Assembly (NCBI GenBank): GCA_038064495.1
Contig: JBBTSZ010000002.1
Coordinates: 216,934-280,933, forward strand
Length of the DNA stretch: 64,000 bases
From: Patescibacteria group bacterium
GTDB lineage: Bacteria; Patescibacteriota; Minisyncoccia; Phycocordibacterales; Phycocordibacteraceae
Reading direction: 5' to 3'
In this document: positions 44,672 to 55,438 of the stretch, piece by piece
Position numbering within the stretch: position 1 is the first letter of the stretch
How the letters are laid out: every line of letters begins with the position of its first letter
Notes under the pieces: generated by a model
The model's database searches: none
Told to the model about the DNA's origin: nothing
Seen by the model: only the letters and a program-made list of their open reading frames with translations
Program-made: the position numbers and the translations under genes

Positions 44672-47065
44672 CTACGCTAAATAGCTTGCGGCAATCTCTG
44701 GAGTCATCTCCTCTGCCTGTTCCGATTCAGGAAGATAAATGCGGCGAAGACCTTTCTTCAGGAAGAAACCTTGTTTTGATTTATACAACGTGAGCATCTT
44801 TCCCGTCTTTGGATGCTTACCAATATCTTTCACAAGGTCTACACCCTTTGGCGGGCGCTTTGGTTCAGCAATAAGGGCGAGTGCTTCTTCAAGCGTAATG
44901 GTGTACGGGTCACCTTTTTTAATGGAACGGAATTCTCCATTGTGAGCAACAAATGGTCCAAAGCGCCCGGTGGAAGCGGTAATCACCTCACCGGTTTCCG
45001 GGTGCTTTCCAAGCGCGCGAGGAAGTGAAAGATACTTCACTGCGTCACTAAGAGTCACCGTCGTTGGGTCCATGCCAGTCGGTACACTTGCGCGCTTCGC
45101 GTTTATTTTTGGTTTTATCACTTTTTTCTTTTTTGGCTTACCGGCTTTGGTGAGCTCCACCGGAGCTTCAACAACAGGCTCACTTGGAAGCACCATTTCT
45201 ACATACGGACCAAAACGTCCAGTCTTCACATATATAGGAGCGCCGGTATCGGGGTGCATACCAATAGGCTCATCTGACTTAAGTTCACCACCATCCTCCT
45301 GTCGTGCACCAGTACACTCTGGGTAGCGTGTACAGCTCATGAAGATGCCACCACGTCCGAGCTTAAACTCCATCGCCGCGCCACAGATAGGACAGGGGAA
45401 TTCTACTGGAACGGCACCGAGCGATGTTGCTTTCGGGAGTGATTCCTTGTCGGCAATGGCTTTTGCAAACGGCGTATAGAAATCTCGGAGCGTCGGCTCG
45501 TACTCGCGCTCGCCACGCGCAATTTCATCAAGCTCGTCTTCCATTTCAGCAGTAAAGGAATCACTAATGTACTCAGCAAAATGTTCCTCAAGGAAACCAG
45601 AAACCACCATACCGGTTGCCGTTGGTGTAAGCGTGCGACCGGTCTTCTCTACGTACCCGCGGTCTGCGATGGTTTTCATAATGGATGCGTAGGTGGACGG
45701 GCGACCAATACCGCGCTTCTCAAGTTCCTTCACGAGTCCTGCCTCCGTGTATCGATTTGGCGGTTCGGTCTGTTTTTCTGTACTCGTAAGGTCTTTCAAA
45801 TTCGCACTCCGGCCAACCGTAAGCTTTGGCAGTTCAACGTCTTCACCACGAGCACGGGTATCAAGCGCAAGCCATCCCGGAAAGAGTACACGAGAACCAT
45901 TTGCAGAAAAGAGGGGAATTGCTTCTGATGCTTGAAGCTTTACTCCGGTGCGCTGTACTTTCGCGGCTGCCATCTGGCTTGCGAGTGCGCGAATACGAAT
46001 CAGCTCGTAGAGTTTACTTTCGTCACCGGTTGCGCCCGCATGTACTTTGCCTGGGTCAGTCGGACGCACTGCCTCATGTGCCTCCTGCGCGTTCTTGCTC
46101 TTCGTTTTGTACGTGCGAGCCTGCACGTACTCTGTACCAAACGAAGATTCCACGACACTTGCAAGGCGCGCTATCGCGTCCTTGGCAAGATTCACGGAAT
46201 CAGTACGCATGTAGGTAATATGTCCTGCCTCATACAGTTTTTGTGCGGCGCGCATAGTGCGGCTCGGCGAGAATCCAAGACGCGTAGACGAAACTTGCTG
46301 GAGGGTAGACGTGGTAAATGGGGGACGCGGATTTCGCTCCTCAGAGCGTTCCTGTATGTCGGCAATACTCCACGAGGCCTTCTTGCCAAGGGTGAGAATA
46401 CGCTGCGCCTCAGTCGCATTGTCAGGTTGCTCCACGCAACTTGCTGGGAAGGTGCCGCCGGAAGCTTCAAACAAGGCATCAAGGGTGTAGTAGGTAACGG
46501 GAATGAACGCCTGTATTTCACGCTCGCGTTCCGCAAGGATGCGGAGCGCGGGTGACTGTACACGCCCGGCTGAAAGTCCGTAACGGACCTTCTTCCAGAT
46601 AAGCCCGGAAAGGTCATAGCCAACCAAGCGATCAAGCACACGACGAGCCTCTTGTGCCTCGCGCATCTTTTGGTCAATGGTGCGTGGATGCGTGAGGGCT
46701 TCCTCTACCGCCTGTTTCGTAATCTCATGGAACACCACGCGCTTTGGGTCCTTGAGACCAACGGCTTGCTGGATGTGCCACGAAATAGCCTCTCCTTCGC
46801 GGTCAGGGTCGGTTGCAAGAAAGACTTCACTTGCCTTTCCTGCCGCTTTTTTGATTTTCTCAATCACGTCTCGTTTGTCAGGAGAAACGACGTATTTCGG
46901 CTTGAAGCCGTGCTCAATATCAACCGCGTCCTTGTTGCTCTTGGGAAGGTCACGCACGTGACCAACCGACGCGAGCACTTCATACCCACTGCCAAGGTAT
47001 TGACCAATAGTTCTCGCCTTTGCGGGAGATTCTACAATCAATAATTTCTTTCCGGTTGAAGCCAT
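44672..47065 (-). CDS. topA: DNA topoisomerase I
   Basis: TOPRIM LLIVESPAKA, active-site Tyr region, C-terminal Zn-ribbon (CPICG) and Lys-rich repeats. Confidence 0.9.
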   Translation of the reverse strand: MASTGKKLLIVESPAKARTIGQYLGSGYEVLASVGHVRDLPKSNKDAVDIEHGFKPKYVVSPDKRDVIEKIKKAAGKASEVFLATDPDREGEAISWHIQQAVGLKDPKRVVFHEITKQAVEEALTHPRTIDQKMREAQEARRVLDRLVGYDLSGLIWKKVRYGLSAGRVQSPALRILAEREREIQAFIPVTYYTLDALFEASGGTFPASCVEQPDNATEAQRILTLGKKASWSIADIQERSEERNPRPPFTTSTLQQVSSTRLGFSPSRTMRAAQKLYEAGHITYMRTDSVNLAKDAIARLASVVESSFGTEYVQARTYKTKSKNAQEAHEAVRPTDPGKVHAGATGDESKLYELIRIRALASQMAAAKVQRTGVKLQASEAIPLFSANGSRVLFPGWLALDTRARGEDVELPKLTVGRSANLKDLTSTEKQTEPPNRYTEAGLVKELEKRGIGRPSTYASIMKTIADRGYVEKTGRTLTPTATGMVVSGFLEEHFAEYISDSFTAEMEDELDEIARGEREYEPTLRDFYTPFAKAIADKESLPKATSLGAVPVEFPCPICGAAMEFKLGRGGIFMSCTRYPECTGARQEDGGELKSDEPIGMHPDTGAPIYVKTGRFGPYVEMVLPSEPVVEAPVELTKAGKPKKKKVIKPKINAKRASVPTGMDPTTVTLSDAVKYLSLPRALGKHPETGEVITASTGRFGPFVAHNGEFRSIKKGDPYTITLEEALALIAEPKRPPKGVDLVKDIGKHPKTGKMLTLYKSKQGFFLKKGLRRIYLPESEQAEEMTPEIAASYLA

Positions 47066-47132
47066 GTAAGGTATGCATAACGTGTATACCTATATATAGT
47101 CAAGTAAAGATTTCCGAAAAGCATATACAAAA

Positions 47133-47161
47133 GCCGCGGATTTCTGAAAAGAATCCGCGGC
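47133..47161 (-). terminator. hairpin GCCGCGGATT-tctgaaaag-AATCCGCGGC with flanking A/T runs
   Basis: Perfect 10-bp stem downstream of the 47178 gene. Confidence 0.6.
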
Positions 47162-47177
47162 AAAAGTGTGTTTTGCA

Positions 47178-47495
47178 TCATCCAGGAAAGTATCTTTTGC
47201 TCTCCCGGTAGCATGCTCGGCAAACCCACAGACCGATGATGAGGGTGTATATCACCACTGACCAAAAAATAGTCGGGTACTGGTGGTACGCGTCACCCAA
47301 GAGTGTGGTCACGACAATCAGTACCTGAAGTGGTGACAAAAACGTCAACACCATAGTCCGATGGTTACCATCTTCTGACGAAAGCCATTCCAGCTCTGGT
47401 ACACGCTCGTCAAGCTTGCTGGTGTAGAAGTACACGAACCAAAGAAGTAGTGCTGAAAGACACGTCAGATGAGAACGAATATTACGACGGCGCAT
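47178..47495 (-). CDS. small membrane protein, hypothetical
   Basis: Three hydrophobic helices. Confidence 0.4.
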   Translation of the reverse strand: MRRRNIRSHLTCLSALLLWFVYFYTSKLDERVPELEWLSSEDGNHRTMVLTFLSPLQVLIVVTTLLGDAYHQYPTIFWSVVIYTLIIGLWVCRACYRESKRYFPG

Positions 47496-47573
47496 AGCCA
47501 GTCCTTTCCTGGTTGTTGCGACAAAAAACGTATCTAGTATTTGTTATACACCCCAAAGATGATTCTTCAACCA

Positions 47574-48428
47574 CTAGAGTCTGCGCCAGGCGCCAAATTC
47601 TTCTTTTGCTATGCCTTTGAGTTCAAGGAGCACGAGTGCGGTAAGCGTGTCGCTCGCAGAGAGTCCTGAATCTCGAAGGAGCACGTCTTTGGCACAGGGC
47701 TCAGTGAGAAGGTTATAGAGAAGCAGTTCGTGTCCCTCAAGTGATGGAGTCTTAGTACGCGCCGTGTCCTCGCTCGGTGTGAGGTGGAGTGCTTCAAGAA
47801 TATGGAAGGAATCAGAAACGTGGGTTGCGCCAATACGTAAGAAGAGGTGAGAACCAAAACTGTGCACATCCCCAATGCGGTGCGGAACACAGAGGAGTTC
47901 TTTGTTGTATTCAGTCGCAAGACGTGCGGTTATCAGCGTTCCTGATTTTTCTCCGGCTTCAATAACGAGGACGGCGTCAGCAAGACCGACCATAATGCGA
48001 TTACGTGAAGGAAAGTCATATGCATGTGGTAGATAGTCCGGTTCGTGTTCCGAAAGAAGCGCGCCACCTGACGCGAGAATATCTTTCGCAAGGCCAAGGT
48101 TGGTGCGTGGGTAAAGCGCACGTTCGGCAAGTCCGGAACCAGGCACCGCAATCGTGTGGAGACCTGCAGAAAGTGCCGCGCGATGTGCCTCGCTATCCGC
48201 ACCAAGCGCAAGGCCCGACACGATTGAAATCGGATAGCCGGAGAGGTCCGAAATAAGTTTATGGCAAGCTTCGCGTCCGTAGTTCGTCAGTGCACGACTT
48301 CCCACCACGGCGAGCAGTTTTGTACCGGCAGGTGGAAGCGTCCCGGAAAGCCAGAGGCTTTCCGGCGGGTCAGGAATCTGTGAGAGTCCTCCCGGGAGCG
48401 CTTCAAACGATACCTCGCGGATATCCAT
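47574..48428 (-). CDS. dprA: DNA processing protein DprA (Smf)
   Basis: Rossmann-like LAVVGSRALTNYG...IVSGLALGADSEAH...TIAVPGSGL; conserved dprA-topA synteny. Confidence 0.8.
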   Translation of the reverse strand: MDIREVSFEALPGGLSQIPDPPESLWLSGTLPPAGTKLLAVVGSRALTNYGREACHKLISDLSGYPISIVSGLALGADSEAHRAALSAGLHTIAVPGSGLAERALYPRTNLGLAKDILASGGALLSEHEPDYLPHAYDFPSRNRIMVGLADAVLVIEAGEKSGTLITARLATEYNKELLCVPHRIGDVHSFGSHLFLRIGATHVSDSFHILEALHLTPSEDTARTKTPSLEGHELLLYNLLTEPCAKDVLLRDSGLSASDTLTALVLLELKGIAKEEFGAWRRL

Positions 48429-48454
48429 ATGGTCAGTATAGTATAGTGAAGTAC

Positions 48455-49723
48455 ATGCTCGATATTCATTTTATTCGCGAGAATGCGGACCTGGTGAAGG
48501 CCGGCGCTGAAAAAAAGAGGATACCGGTTGATATTGACCGACTCCTTTCACTTGATGACTCCCGCAAGACGCTTCGCGGGGAGCTTGACGATAGACGTGC
48601 CGAACAAAACCGCGCAAGCGGAAACATTGCGAACGCCCACGGGGAAGAGAAAGAAAAGCTTCTTGAGGCCATGCGTCATGTGAAGCAAGGGATGGCCGAC
48701 ACGGAAGAGAAGTACAAAGAGGTCATGAAAGAGTGGCAGGAGCTCATGCTCACGGTGCCAAACATTCCGGATATGTCCGTGCCGGAAGGTGAAAGTGATG
48801 CGGATAACACCGAGGTAAAAGTCTGGGGTGAAAAACCGACCTTTGATTTCACCCCGATGAATCACGTGGACTTGATGACCAAACTCGGGATGGCTGATTT
48901 TGAGCGTGGTGCGAAAGTCGCTGGCTTCCGTGGCTACTTTCTGAAAGGAGACGGTGTTCTGCTTACCAACGCCGTCTGGCAACTCGCACTCAAACACTGG
49001 ACTAATAAAGGTATGGTGCCACTCATGGCGCCCTCACTCGTGCGCCGTGAGACCTTTATGGGTACCGGGTATCTCCCGCAAGGAGAAGAAGATTTATATA
49101 AAACACAGGACGGTGAATATCTCGCAGGCACAGCTGAAGTTGCAGCCATGGGGTATCACATGGACGAAACCCTTGAGATGGGTGATCTCCCCGTGAAGTT
49201 CCTTGCCTTCTCACCGTGCTTCCGTCGTGAGGCAGGTGCTCATGGTAAAGATGTACGAGGCCTCATCCGCGTACATGAATTCTTTAAATGGGAGCAGGTA
49301 GTACTCTGTGAGGCTTCCCACACTACGTCTGTAGCGCTTCACGAAGAGCTTAATCGTAACACCGAAGAATTCATCGAGCTCCTCAACATTCCGTATCACA
49401 CTGTCGTGAACTGCGGTGGGGACCTTGGTCTTGGTCAAGTGAAGAAATATGACATTGAGCTTTGGGTACCGGGAGAAAACACCTACCGAGAAATAAGCTC
49501 AGCCTCCTATTTCCATGATTTCCAAACACGCCGTTTGAACATTCGGTATCGTGACGCGGAAGGAAAGATGCAATTTGCGCATTCACTGAACTCAACAGCC
49601 ATACCAACACCGCGCATTCTCGTGTCCATCATTGAAAATTATCAACAGCAGGATGGCACGATTCGTGTGCCAGCCGCACTCGTCCCGTATGTCGGAAAGG
49701 AGATCCTGGGACATTCAGTCTAG
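48455..49723 (+). CDS. serS: seryl-tRNA synthetase
   Basis: N-terminal coiled coil; class II motifs FRREAG..., GLIRVHEF, and an active-site Arg region. Start trimmed to MLDIHFIREN. Confidence 0.9.
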   Translation: MLDIHFIRENADLVKAGAEKKRIPVDIDRLLSLDDSRKTLRGELDDRRAEQNRASGNIANAHGEEKEKLLEAMRHVKQGMADTEEKYKEVMKEWQELMLTVPNIPDMSVPEGESDADNTEVKVWGEKPTFDFTPMNHVDLMTKLGMADFERGAKVAGFRGYFLKGDGVLLTNAVWQLALKHWTNKGMVPLMAPSLVRRETFMGTGYLPQGEEDLYKTQDGEYLAGTAEVAAMGYHMDETLEMGDLPVKFLAFSPCFRREAGAHGKDVRGLIRVHEFFKWEQVVLCEASHTTSVALHEELNRNTEEFIELLNIPYHTVVNCGGDLGLGQVKKYDIELWVPGENTYREISSASYFHDFQTRRLNIRYRDAEGKMQFAHSLNSTAIPTPRILVSIIENYQQQDGTIRVPAALVPYVGKEILGHSV

Positions 49724-50657
49724 TCCGCGGGCGTCTGCGCCTGTACGAAAACCGACACCGGTACGTGTCCAGCGCGTGGTTGATGTGCGTCCCACACGTA
49801 CCGTATCTCGTCCTCAGGCACCCGCGCGAAGAGTCATAGGCAAAGGACCGGTGGTACCTCTTCGCCTCCGTAGAAAGTCTGCGAAGCGGAAGCTGTTGAT
49901 GCTCGGGGGTATCGGGATACTCATGCTTCTTATCTTGGGAGAAATCTTGCTTTGGCAATCATTCTTCCGAGTACAGACCATTCAGGCAGAAGGACCTGAG
50001 GCAGAAGAACTCAAAGCATATGTACTGTCGGAACTGTCCGGTACGCACTACGGCATTATTCCAAAAAGCTCCATTTTCTTTCTTCCCGAGAAAGAACTTC
50101 GCGCCAGCATCCTTGAGCATTTTCCGGAAGTACAGGCAGTGACAATAGCGCCCTCAGGACTAACCATACTGACCGTTACCACCACCCATCGCGCGACGGT
50201 ATTTTGGTGGTGTGGTATTTCTTCGCTCACACCGGAAGCGAGTTGTTACCAAGCAGATACGGAAGGAACTATTTTTGCACCCATACCTCCCGAGGATACC
50301 GTTGCCTCAACAAGCATGCTCAAACTGTATGCACCACTTCAGTCTTCACCACTTGCCTCTTCGTCACCTATCGGCGCTCGTATGGAGGACGCGAAATATG
50401 TTCCGCATGTGCTTGAATTTGTGAAGGCAATGCGCGCCCTTGGGGCAGATATAACGCACGTAGATATCCGCCAAGATGAAGCAGATCTCTTCACGAAAGG
50501 CGGAACTCGCATTACGTATGTTATGGGTCGTGAACAACAGGCAGCAGCACTCGCAGTAACTGCCTTTCCTAGTTTCAATTTGAATAACGGCTCACTCCTG
50601 TATGTTGATTTGCGCTTTGATTCCAAAGTCTTTTTCAAGAAGAAGGATACTAAATAG
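49689..50657 (+). CDS. FtsQ/DivIB-like cell division protein (start uncertain)
   Basis: Basic cytoplasmic N-terminus, a single TM (LLMLGGIGILMLLIL), then a POTRA-like beta region. Confidence 0.45.
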   Translation: MSERRSWDIQSSPRASAPVRKPTPVRVQRVVDVRPTRTVSRPQAPARRVIGKGPVVPLRLRRKSAKRKLLMLGGIGILMLLILGEILLWQSFFRVQTIQAEGPEAEELKAYVLSELSGTHYGIIPKSSIFFLPEKELRASILEHFPEVQAVTIAPSGLTILTVTTTHRATVFWWCGISSLTPEASCYQADTEGTIFAPIPPEDTVASTSMLKLYAPLQSSPLASSSPIGARMEDAKYVPHVLEFVKAMRALGADITHVDIRQDEADLFTKGGTRITYVMGREQQAAALAVTAFPSFNLNNGSLLYVDLRFDSKVFFKKKDTK

Positions 50658-50686
50658 ACTTGGTTATCTGATAAAGCCAGGGTAGT

Positions 50687-51676
50687 GTGCATCACATGCA
50701 ATCGTTTTGGAACAAACTAGAAAAACCATTCTTCGTCATGGCACCCATGGCGGACGTCACGGACCCTGCCTATCGCAAGCTCATAACGGAGTATGGAAAA
50801 CCGGATATCACCTGGACCGAGTTTGTGTCTGCAGATGGTCTCTACGCTACACGTGAAAAGAAGGGGATGAAGGATGAGGAGAACCCCCTCATGCGTGATT
50901 TTCTGTTTACCAAAGGCGAACACCCCATCCTTGCACAGATTTTCGGTAGTAATCCGGACACGATTCGCTACGCATCACTTCTTGCTCGCGACCTAGGCTT
51001 TGACGGCGTGGATATCAATATGGGTTGCCCGGATCGTTCCATAGAGAAACAGGGAGCCGGTGCTGCCATGATGAAGCATCCAGAAAAGGCAGCGGCCATA
51101 ATTGCTGCAGCAAAAGAAAGTAACCTCCCAGTTTCAGTGAAGACCCGTATCGGCTACAACGTACAGGAAATTGAAACTTGGATTCCAACGCTCCTCAAAG
51201 AAAATCTTTCGGCGCTCACGGTGCACCTGCGTACCCGTAAGGAAATGTCACTCGTGTCGGCACACTGGGATGTTGCGCAGCGTGTTACAGAGCTCCGTAA
51301 CGTCCATGCTCCAGACACACTTTTGCTCGGGAACGGGGACGTGACCTCTCTCGTTGACGCACGCAAGAAAGTAGCCGAGTCGGGTTTTGATGGCATCATG
51401 CTTGGTCGTGCTATCTACGGAAATCCGTGGGTGTTTACGGGCAGGGTACCAAGTGACCTTTCGCCAAGAGAGCGGCTGGAAGCACTCCACAAACTTGCGA
51501 CGTACTTTGATGAACTACGACCACAGAAGTCCTTTCATTTGCTGAAAAAACACTTCAAGGCCTTCGTGCAGGGATGGGAGGGTGCATCTGAGCTTCGGCG
51601 TGAGCTTATGGAAACGGAGACAATTGGCGACCTGCAAATAAAGCTTACCGACGCTATTCAAGAACAGGCTCCGTAA
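50687..51676 (+). CDS. tRNA-dihydrouridine synthase
   Basis: FVMAPMADVTD, GVDINMGCP, and a catalytic Cys region. Confidence 0.85.
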   Translation: MHHMQSFWNKLEKPFFVMAPMADVTDPAYRKLITEYGKPDITWTEFVSADGLYATREKKGMKDEENPLMRDFLFTKGEHPILAQIFGSNPDTIRYASLLARDLGFDGVDINMGCPDRSIEKQGAGAAMMKHPEKAAAIIAAAKESNLPVSVKTRIGYNVQEIETWIPTLLKENLSALTVHLRTRKEMSLVSAHWDVAQRVTELRNVHAPDTLLLGNGDVTSLVDARKKVAESGFDGIMLGRAIYGNPWVFTGRVPSDLSPRERLEALHKLATYFDELRPQKSFHLLKKHFKAFVQGWEGASELRRELMETETIGDLQIKLTDAIQEQAP

Positions 51677-51708
51677 GCAGAGCGTGGTAAAATCGTCCTA
51701 CCTAGACT

Positions 51709-52737
51709 ATGGCTCATCAATCGCTGTATCGTGCGTATCGTCCAAAAACCTTTAAAGAGGTGGTAGGACAGAACCACGTTACCGAACCCCTTCAAGAGCA
51801 GATAGCAACAGGAAAGGTCGCTCACGCCTATCTCTTATCAGGCTCACGAGGACTCGGAAAAACCTCCATCGCGCGCATCTTTGCGCGCGAGCTCGGCACG
51901 AGCGATAAAGATCTCTATGAAATAGACGCAGCGTCTGCAAACAGTGTGGACGATATTCGTCAGCTCACGGAAAACGTCTATACTCTTCCGTTTGAGTCAA
52001 AATATAAGTTCTATCTTTTGGACGAGGCACACATGCTTTCCAAAGCCGCGTGGAATGCTTTTTTGAAGACGCTGGAGGAACCACCAGCCTACGTAATTTT
52101 TGTACTCGCCACGACCGAGCTTGAAAAAATACCTGACACGGTGCGCTCGCGCACCCAAGTGTTTGAACTGAAGAAACCTACACGTGTCGGCCTGAGCAAG
52201 CTTATTAGTGAGGTCGCAAAGAAAGAAAAATACACGATTGAACCAGGTGCTTCAGAGCTCATCTCACTTCTTGCCGAAGGTTCCTATCGTGATGCACTCT
52301 CTATTCTTGAGAAAGTCTTTTCCGTTTCAAAAGATAACAACATTAGCCTTACTGAAGCGGAATCTGCGACAGGTGCGCCCAAGCGCGCACTCGTTCTCGC
52401 GTTGGTGAACGCCCTTAGTGAGGGTTCAGCTGAAAGGGCACTAACCGCAATCCGGAAGGCAAGTGAAGGTGGCGTAGATATGCAGTTGTACCTCACGCTT
52501 CTACTTGAAGCACTGCGTACCGTGCTCCTGTTTCGTCACGCTCCGGAGCTTCGTGCAGAGCTTAAGACTGAGCTCGGGACAGATGAATACACCGAGCTTG
52601 AAGCACTCGCAAACGAAAAAGAGTCAAAGATTACTCACACGACCCTGCTCGCATTTCTAAACGCCGCAAGCACGATGCGCTACTCACCCATCCCAGCGCT
52701 CTCGCTTGAACTTGCGGTGTACGACGTCACATCATGA
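51709..52737 (+). CDS. dnaX: DNA polymerase III subunit gamma/tau (short form)
   Basis: YRPKTFKEVVGQ, P-loop GSRGLGKTS, SRTQ sensor; 342 aa. Confidence 0.75.
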   Translation: MAHQSLYRAYRPKTFKEVVGQNHVTEPLQEQIATGKVAHAYLLSGSRGLGKTSIARIFARELGTSDKDLYEIDAASANSVDDIRQLTENVYTLPFESKYKFYLLDEAHMLSKAAWNAFLKTLEEPPAYVIFVLATTELEKIPDTVRSRTQVFELKKPTRVGLSKLISEVAKKEKYTIEPGASELISLLAEGSYRDALSILEKVFSVSKDNNISLTEAESATGAPKRALVLALVNALSEGSAERALTAIRKASEGGVDMQLYLTLLLEALRTVLLFRHAPELRAELKTELGTDEYTELEALANEKESKITHTTLLAFLNAASTMRYSPIPALSLELAVYDVTS

Positions 52738-53651
52738 CCAAGCTATCAGCCGGACTCGCAATCCTTCTGACACTCGTGGCGTGCGCCACGCTCGGCACCA
52801 CCATCTATGTATATGGAGTTCCCCAGATATCTCGTTCATTGTTTGAAAAACCGTGCCGTGATCCGATAGCCATACGCATAGAAAGTATTGACCCCAAGTT
52901 TAATCTCACAAAAGGTGAGTTAGTCACGGCGCTGACTGCTTCTATGAAGCTGTGGAATGAAGTAGCGGGTAAAGCGGTGTTTACCTACGAACCTGATAAT
53001 GTGCACGCATTACCGATTCGCCTCGTGTACGACGCTCGCCAGCAGACGGTAGCGCTTGGGCAAGCAATAGATTCAACAGAGGCACGACAAATGGAATCAC
53101 GTGCACATATTGAGTCACTCCAGTCAGCGTATGAAAAAGCGACCGCTGAGTATAACCAGCAACTCCAAGCATTTAATGAGGAAGCAAATGCGTACGAGAA
53201 TGAAGTGAAGACCGTGAATGCACAGGGTGGAGGGAATGCTGAGACTGTAAAAAGATTAAATGCAGAACAAGTACGACTTCAACAAGAGCAAAAAGAATTG
53301 AATAAGCAAAGTGCGGCATTGAAGGCACAGGGCGATGCGCTCAAAAAAGAAATTGCCGCATTCAATGCGTCGGTAAAAGATGTGAACTCAGTGGTGCAAG
53401 CCTTTAATTCGCAAGCAGGAGGAGATTTTGAAGAAGGGCAGTACACCAAGGACGCGTCTGGAGCGCGCATCGCCATCTATGCGTACAAAACAAAAGATGA
53501 ACTACTGCACTCACTCGCGCATGAACTGGGCCATGCACTTGGTCTTGAGCACAACAATAATCCGGCATCCATCATGTATCCCTACAACAAGAGTGGGACG
53601 AAGGTGAGTAGTGACGATATTGCGGCACTCAAGAAAGTCTGCGGTAGCTAG
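52734..53651 (+). CDS. matrixin-like (M10) zinc metalloprotease lipoprotein with a central coiled coil
   Basis: Lipobox LVACAT, HELGHALGLEH (HExxHxxGxxH) plus Met-turn SIMYP. Confidence 0.6.
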   Translation: MTKLSAGLAILLTLVACATLGTTIYVYGVPQISRSLFEKPCRDPIAIRIESIDPKFNLTKGELVTALTASMKLWNEVAGKAVFTYEPDNVHALPIRLVYDARQQTVALGQAIDSTEARQMESRAHIESLQSAYEKATAEYNQQLQAFNEEANAYENEVKTVNAQGGGNAETVKRLNAEQVRLQQEQKELNKQSAALKAQGDALKKEIAAFNASVKDVNSVVQAFNSQAGGDFEEGQYTKDASGARIAIYAYKTKDELLHSLAHELGHALGLEHNNNPASIMYPYNKSGTKVSSDDIAALKKVCGS

Positions 53652-53693
53652 TTGCTCAACAAGCGTCTATCAGGCAAAGTAGGAAGGTGCTAT

Positions 53694-53767
53694 TGGGAGA
53701 TCGTCTAATGGTAGGACAGCGGCCTTTGAAGCCGTGAATCTAGGTTCGATCCCTAGTCTCCCAGCCA
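53694..53767 (+). tRNA. tRNA-Gln (anticodon TTG), U1:A72, CCA encoded
   Basis: TGGGAGATCGTCTAATGGTAGGAC...stem GCGGC loop CTTTGAA...GGTTCGATCCCTAGTCTCCCAGCCA. Confidence 0.8.
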
Positions 53768-53825
53768 GAAATTTATAAAAAAGCCGCCCGGAGCGCGGCG
53801 AAGATACTCCGGGCGCTTCAGGCGG

Positions 53826-54272
53826 TTAAGCAGCAACGATTCTAGAACCGACGCTTTTGAGATGTGCACGAGTGGCATCGGAAATAGTTCCGACAGTCCC
53901 GCCCTCGATTGCAAGTGGGAACTGCTTGATGAGTTCGACGAGTCGAGTCGGGTCAGTACACCGATTGATTTTGTGCCAGCCTTTCTTTTTCGGGACGGAT
54001 GCACCACCAGTGATATGCGGACCCTTGTAGCCGATAGAGACATGGGTCCCACGGTCAGAAACAGATGTCAGCTCCGCGCGGTCATAGCCGTAGACCTTTC
54101 CGTTTGGATGCTCAGAGTCGACCCAGATGGTTGCGCCTGGCTCAAACTTTGCGAGTTCTTCTGCAGGAATGCATTCAAAGAGAGCCCCGATATCCTTGTT
54201 CCTGAAATCCGTCCAGTGGTTGCTGTATATGACTTCGCTCGGAAGTTCTAGGTGAGGTGTTTGGTCTGTCAT
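53826..54272 (-). CDS. hypothetical protein
   Basis: ORF; a hairpin CGCCCGGAG...CTCCGGGCG lies downstream. Confidence 0.4.
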   Translation of the reverse strand: MTDQTPHLELPSEVIYSNHWTDFRNKDIGALFECIPAEELAKFEPGATIWVDSEHPNGKVYGYDRAELTSVSDRGTHVSIGYKGPHITGGASVPKKKGWHKINRCTDPTRLVELIKQFPLAIEGGTVGTISDATRAHLKSVGSRIVAA

Positions 54273-54498
54273 CGCTACACTCCATGTTTGAGATTTCAAT
54301 TCCTGTTGCGGGTGCTACAGGGCGTCTGCGTTGTCTATAACACAGTTATTTGAGTAAGTAAAAAGGTTCCAATATAGCCCCAGACTGTCAGCTAACTTTA
54401 GTATGCAAAATAAAAAACCTGTCCGTAAAGACAGGTATTTTTGGCCAATGCCCGATAAGAACTTCCTTGTACAAACTACTTACAATTTACTTGTGAAC

Positions 54499-54858
54499 TT
54501 AATCTCTATCATTTAGCCAAAGTTTAAAGGCTTTCATGCGAGATGTCAGATTCTTCATTTCCCACCGAAAATAATCATTGGAGCCGGTTTCAAAGGGATT
54601 CTTCCACTCAGGATGGTCAAATTCAAAAATACCTCTTAAAGAACGCTCCGTGTCCGTTTTCTTACCAGCCTCCTCAAAGTCTTTGTGGAGGGTATTCTTC
54701 CAGCCGGAAGACGGTCTTCCCGCGCGTATTTCACGAAGCATCATTCTAGCTGCAAGCTTGGCGTTTTGCCTAGCTACTTGATTCTTAAATGCGGCGGTTT
54801 CTGTGAAATCAGGGTTCGACTCCGGAAGATTAGGATCTTTGGACTCTTCATCGCTCAT
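54499..54858 (-). CDS. hypothetical protein (119 aa)
   Basis: ORF only. Confidence 0.4.
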   Translation of the reverse strand: MSDEESKDPNLPESNPDFTETAAFKNQVARQNAKLAARMMLREIRAGRPSSGWKNTLHKDFEEAGKKTDTERSLRGIFEFDHPEWKNPFETGSNDYFRWEMKNLTSRMKAFKLWLNDRD

Positions 54859-54979
54859 ATCGGACCTCCTTATTTGTCCAAGATATTTATATCACAAAAA
54901 CTTGGTTTGTCTATGTTACTGAGAATAAATACGTTCCAACATCGTCCCAGACTGCCAGCAATGATGCTATTGTTTTTTA

Positions 54980-55336
54980 ATGCTCAAACACAACCTCTAC
55001 GCCACACCCTTTGCAAAGGTCTATCCGTACTACGTTGCTAAGGCGGAGAGAAAAGGACGCATAAAAGCGGAAGTTGATGAACTCATTCGTTGGTTAACGG
55101 GATACACCGAGAAAGGATTTGAGACACAACTGAAGAAGCAAACAAGCTTTGAAGACTTCTATACCAAGGCTCCAAAGATGAACCCTTCACGCAAACTCAT
55201 CACCGGTGTGGTGTGCGGTATACGGGTGGAAGAAATTGACGACCCGCTCATGAAGGAGATTCGATATTTGGATAAATTGATTGATGAGCTCGCAAAAGGA
55301 AGGGCGATGGAGAAAATCAAACGGGAAGCAACGTAA
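54980..55336 (+). CDS. DUF2200-family conserved protein
   Basis: [25 protein letters not shown]...[31 protein letters not shown] matches my recollection of DUF2200. Confidence 0.5.
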   Translation: MLKHNLYATPFAKVYPYYVAKAERKGRIKAEVDELIRWLTGYTEKGFETQLKKQTSFEDFYTKAPKMNPSRKLITGVVCGIRVEEIDDPLMKEIRYLDKLIDELAKGRAMEKIKREAT

Positions 55337-55438
55337 ATCGGTGAACGTAGTGACAATAAAAAAGGTTCCAACATTGACCCGGACTCTAATAAAAAGGGAC
55401 GAGCACTAGGCTCGTCCCCTTCAAAAAATCCAGTAACT

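Noticed and set aside
48290-48454. 55-codon N-terminal extension of serS
   Set aside because: It overlaps the dprA 5' region on the other strand. SerRS homologues start at MLDIHF(I/L)R.
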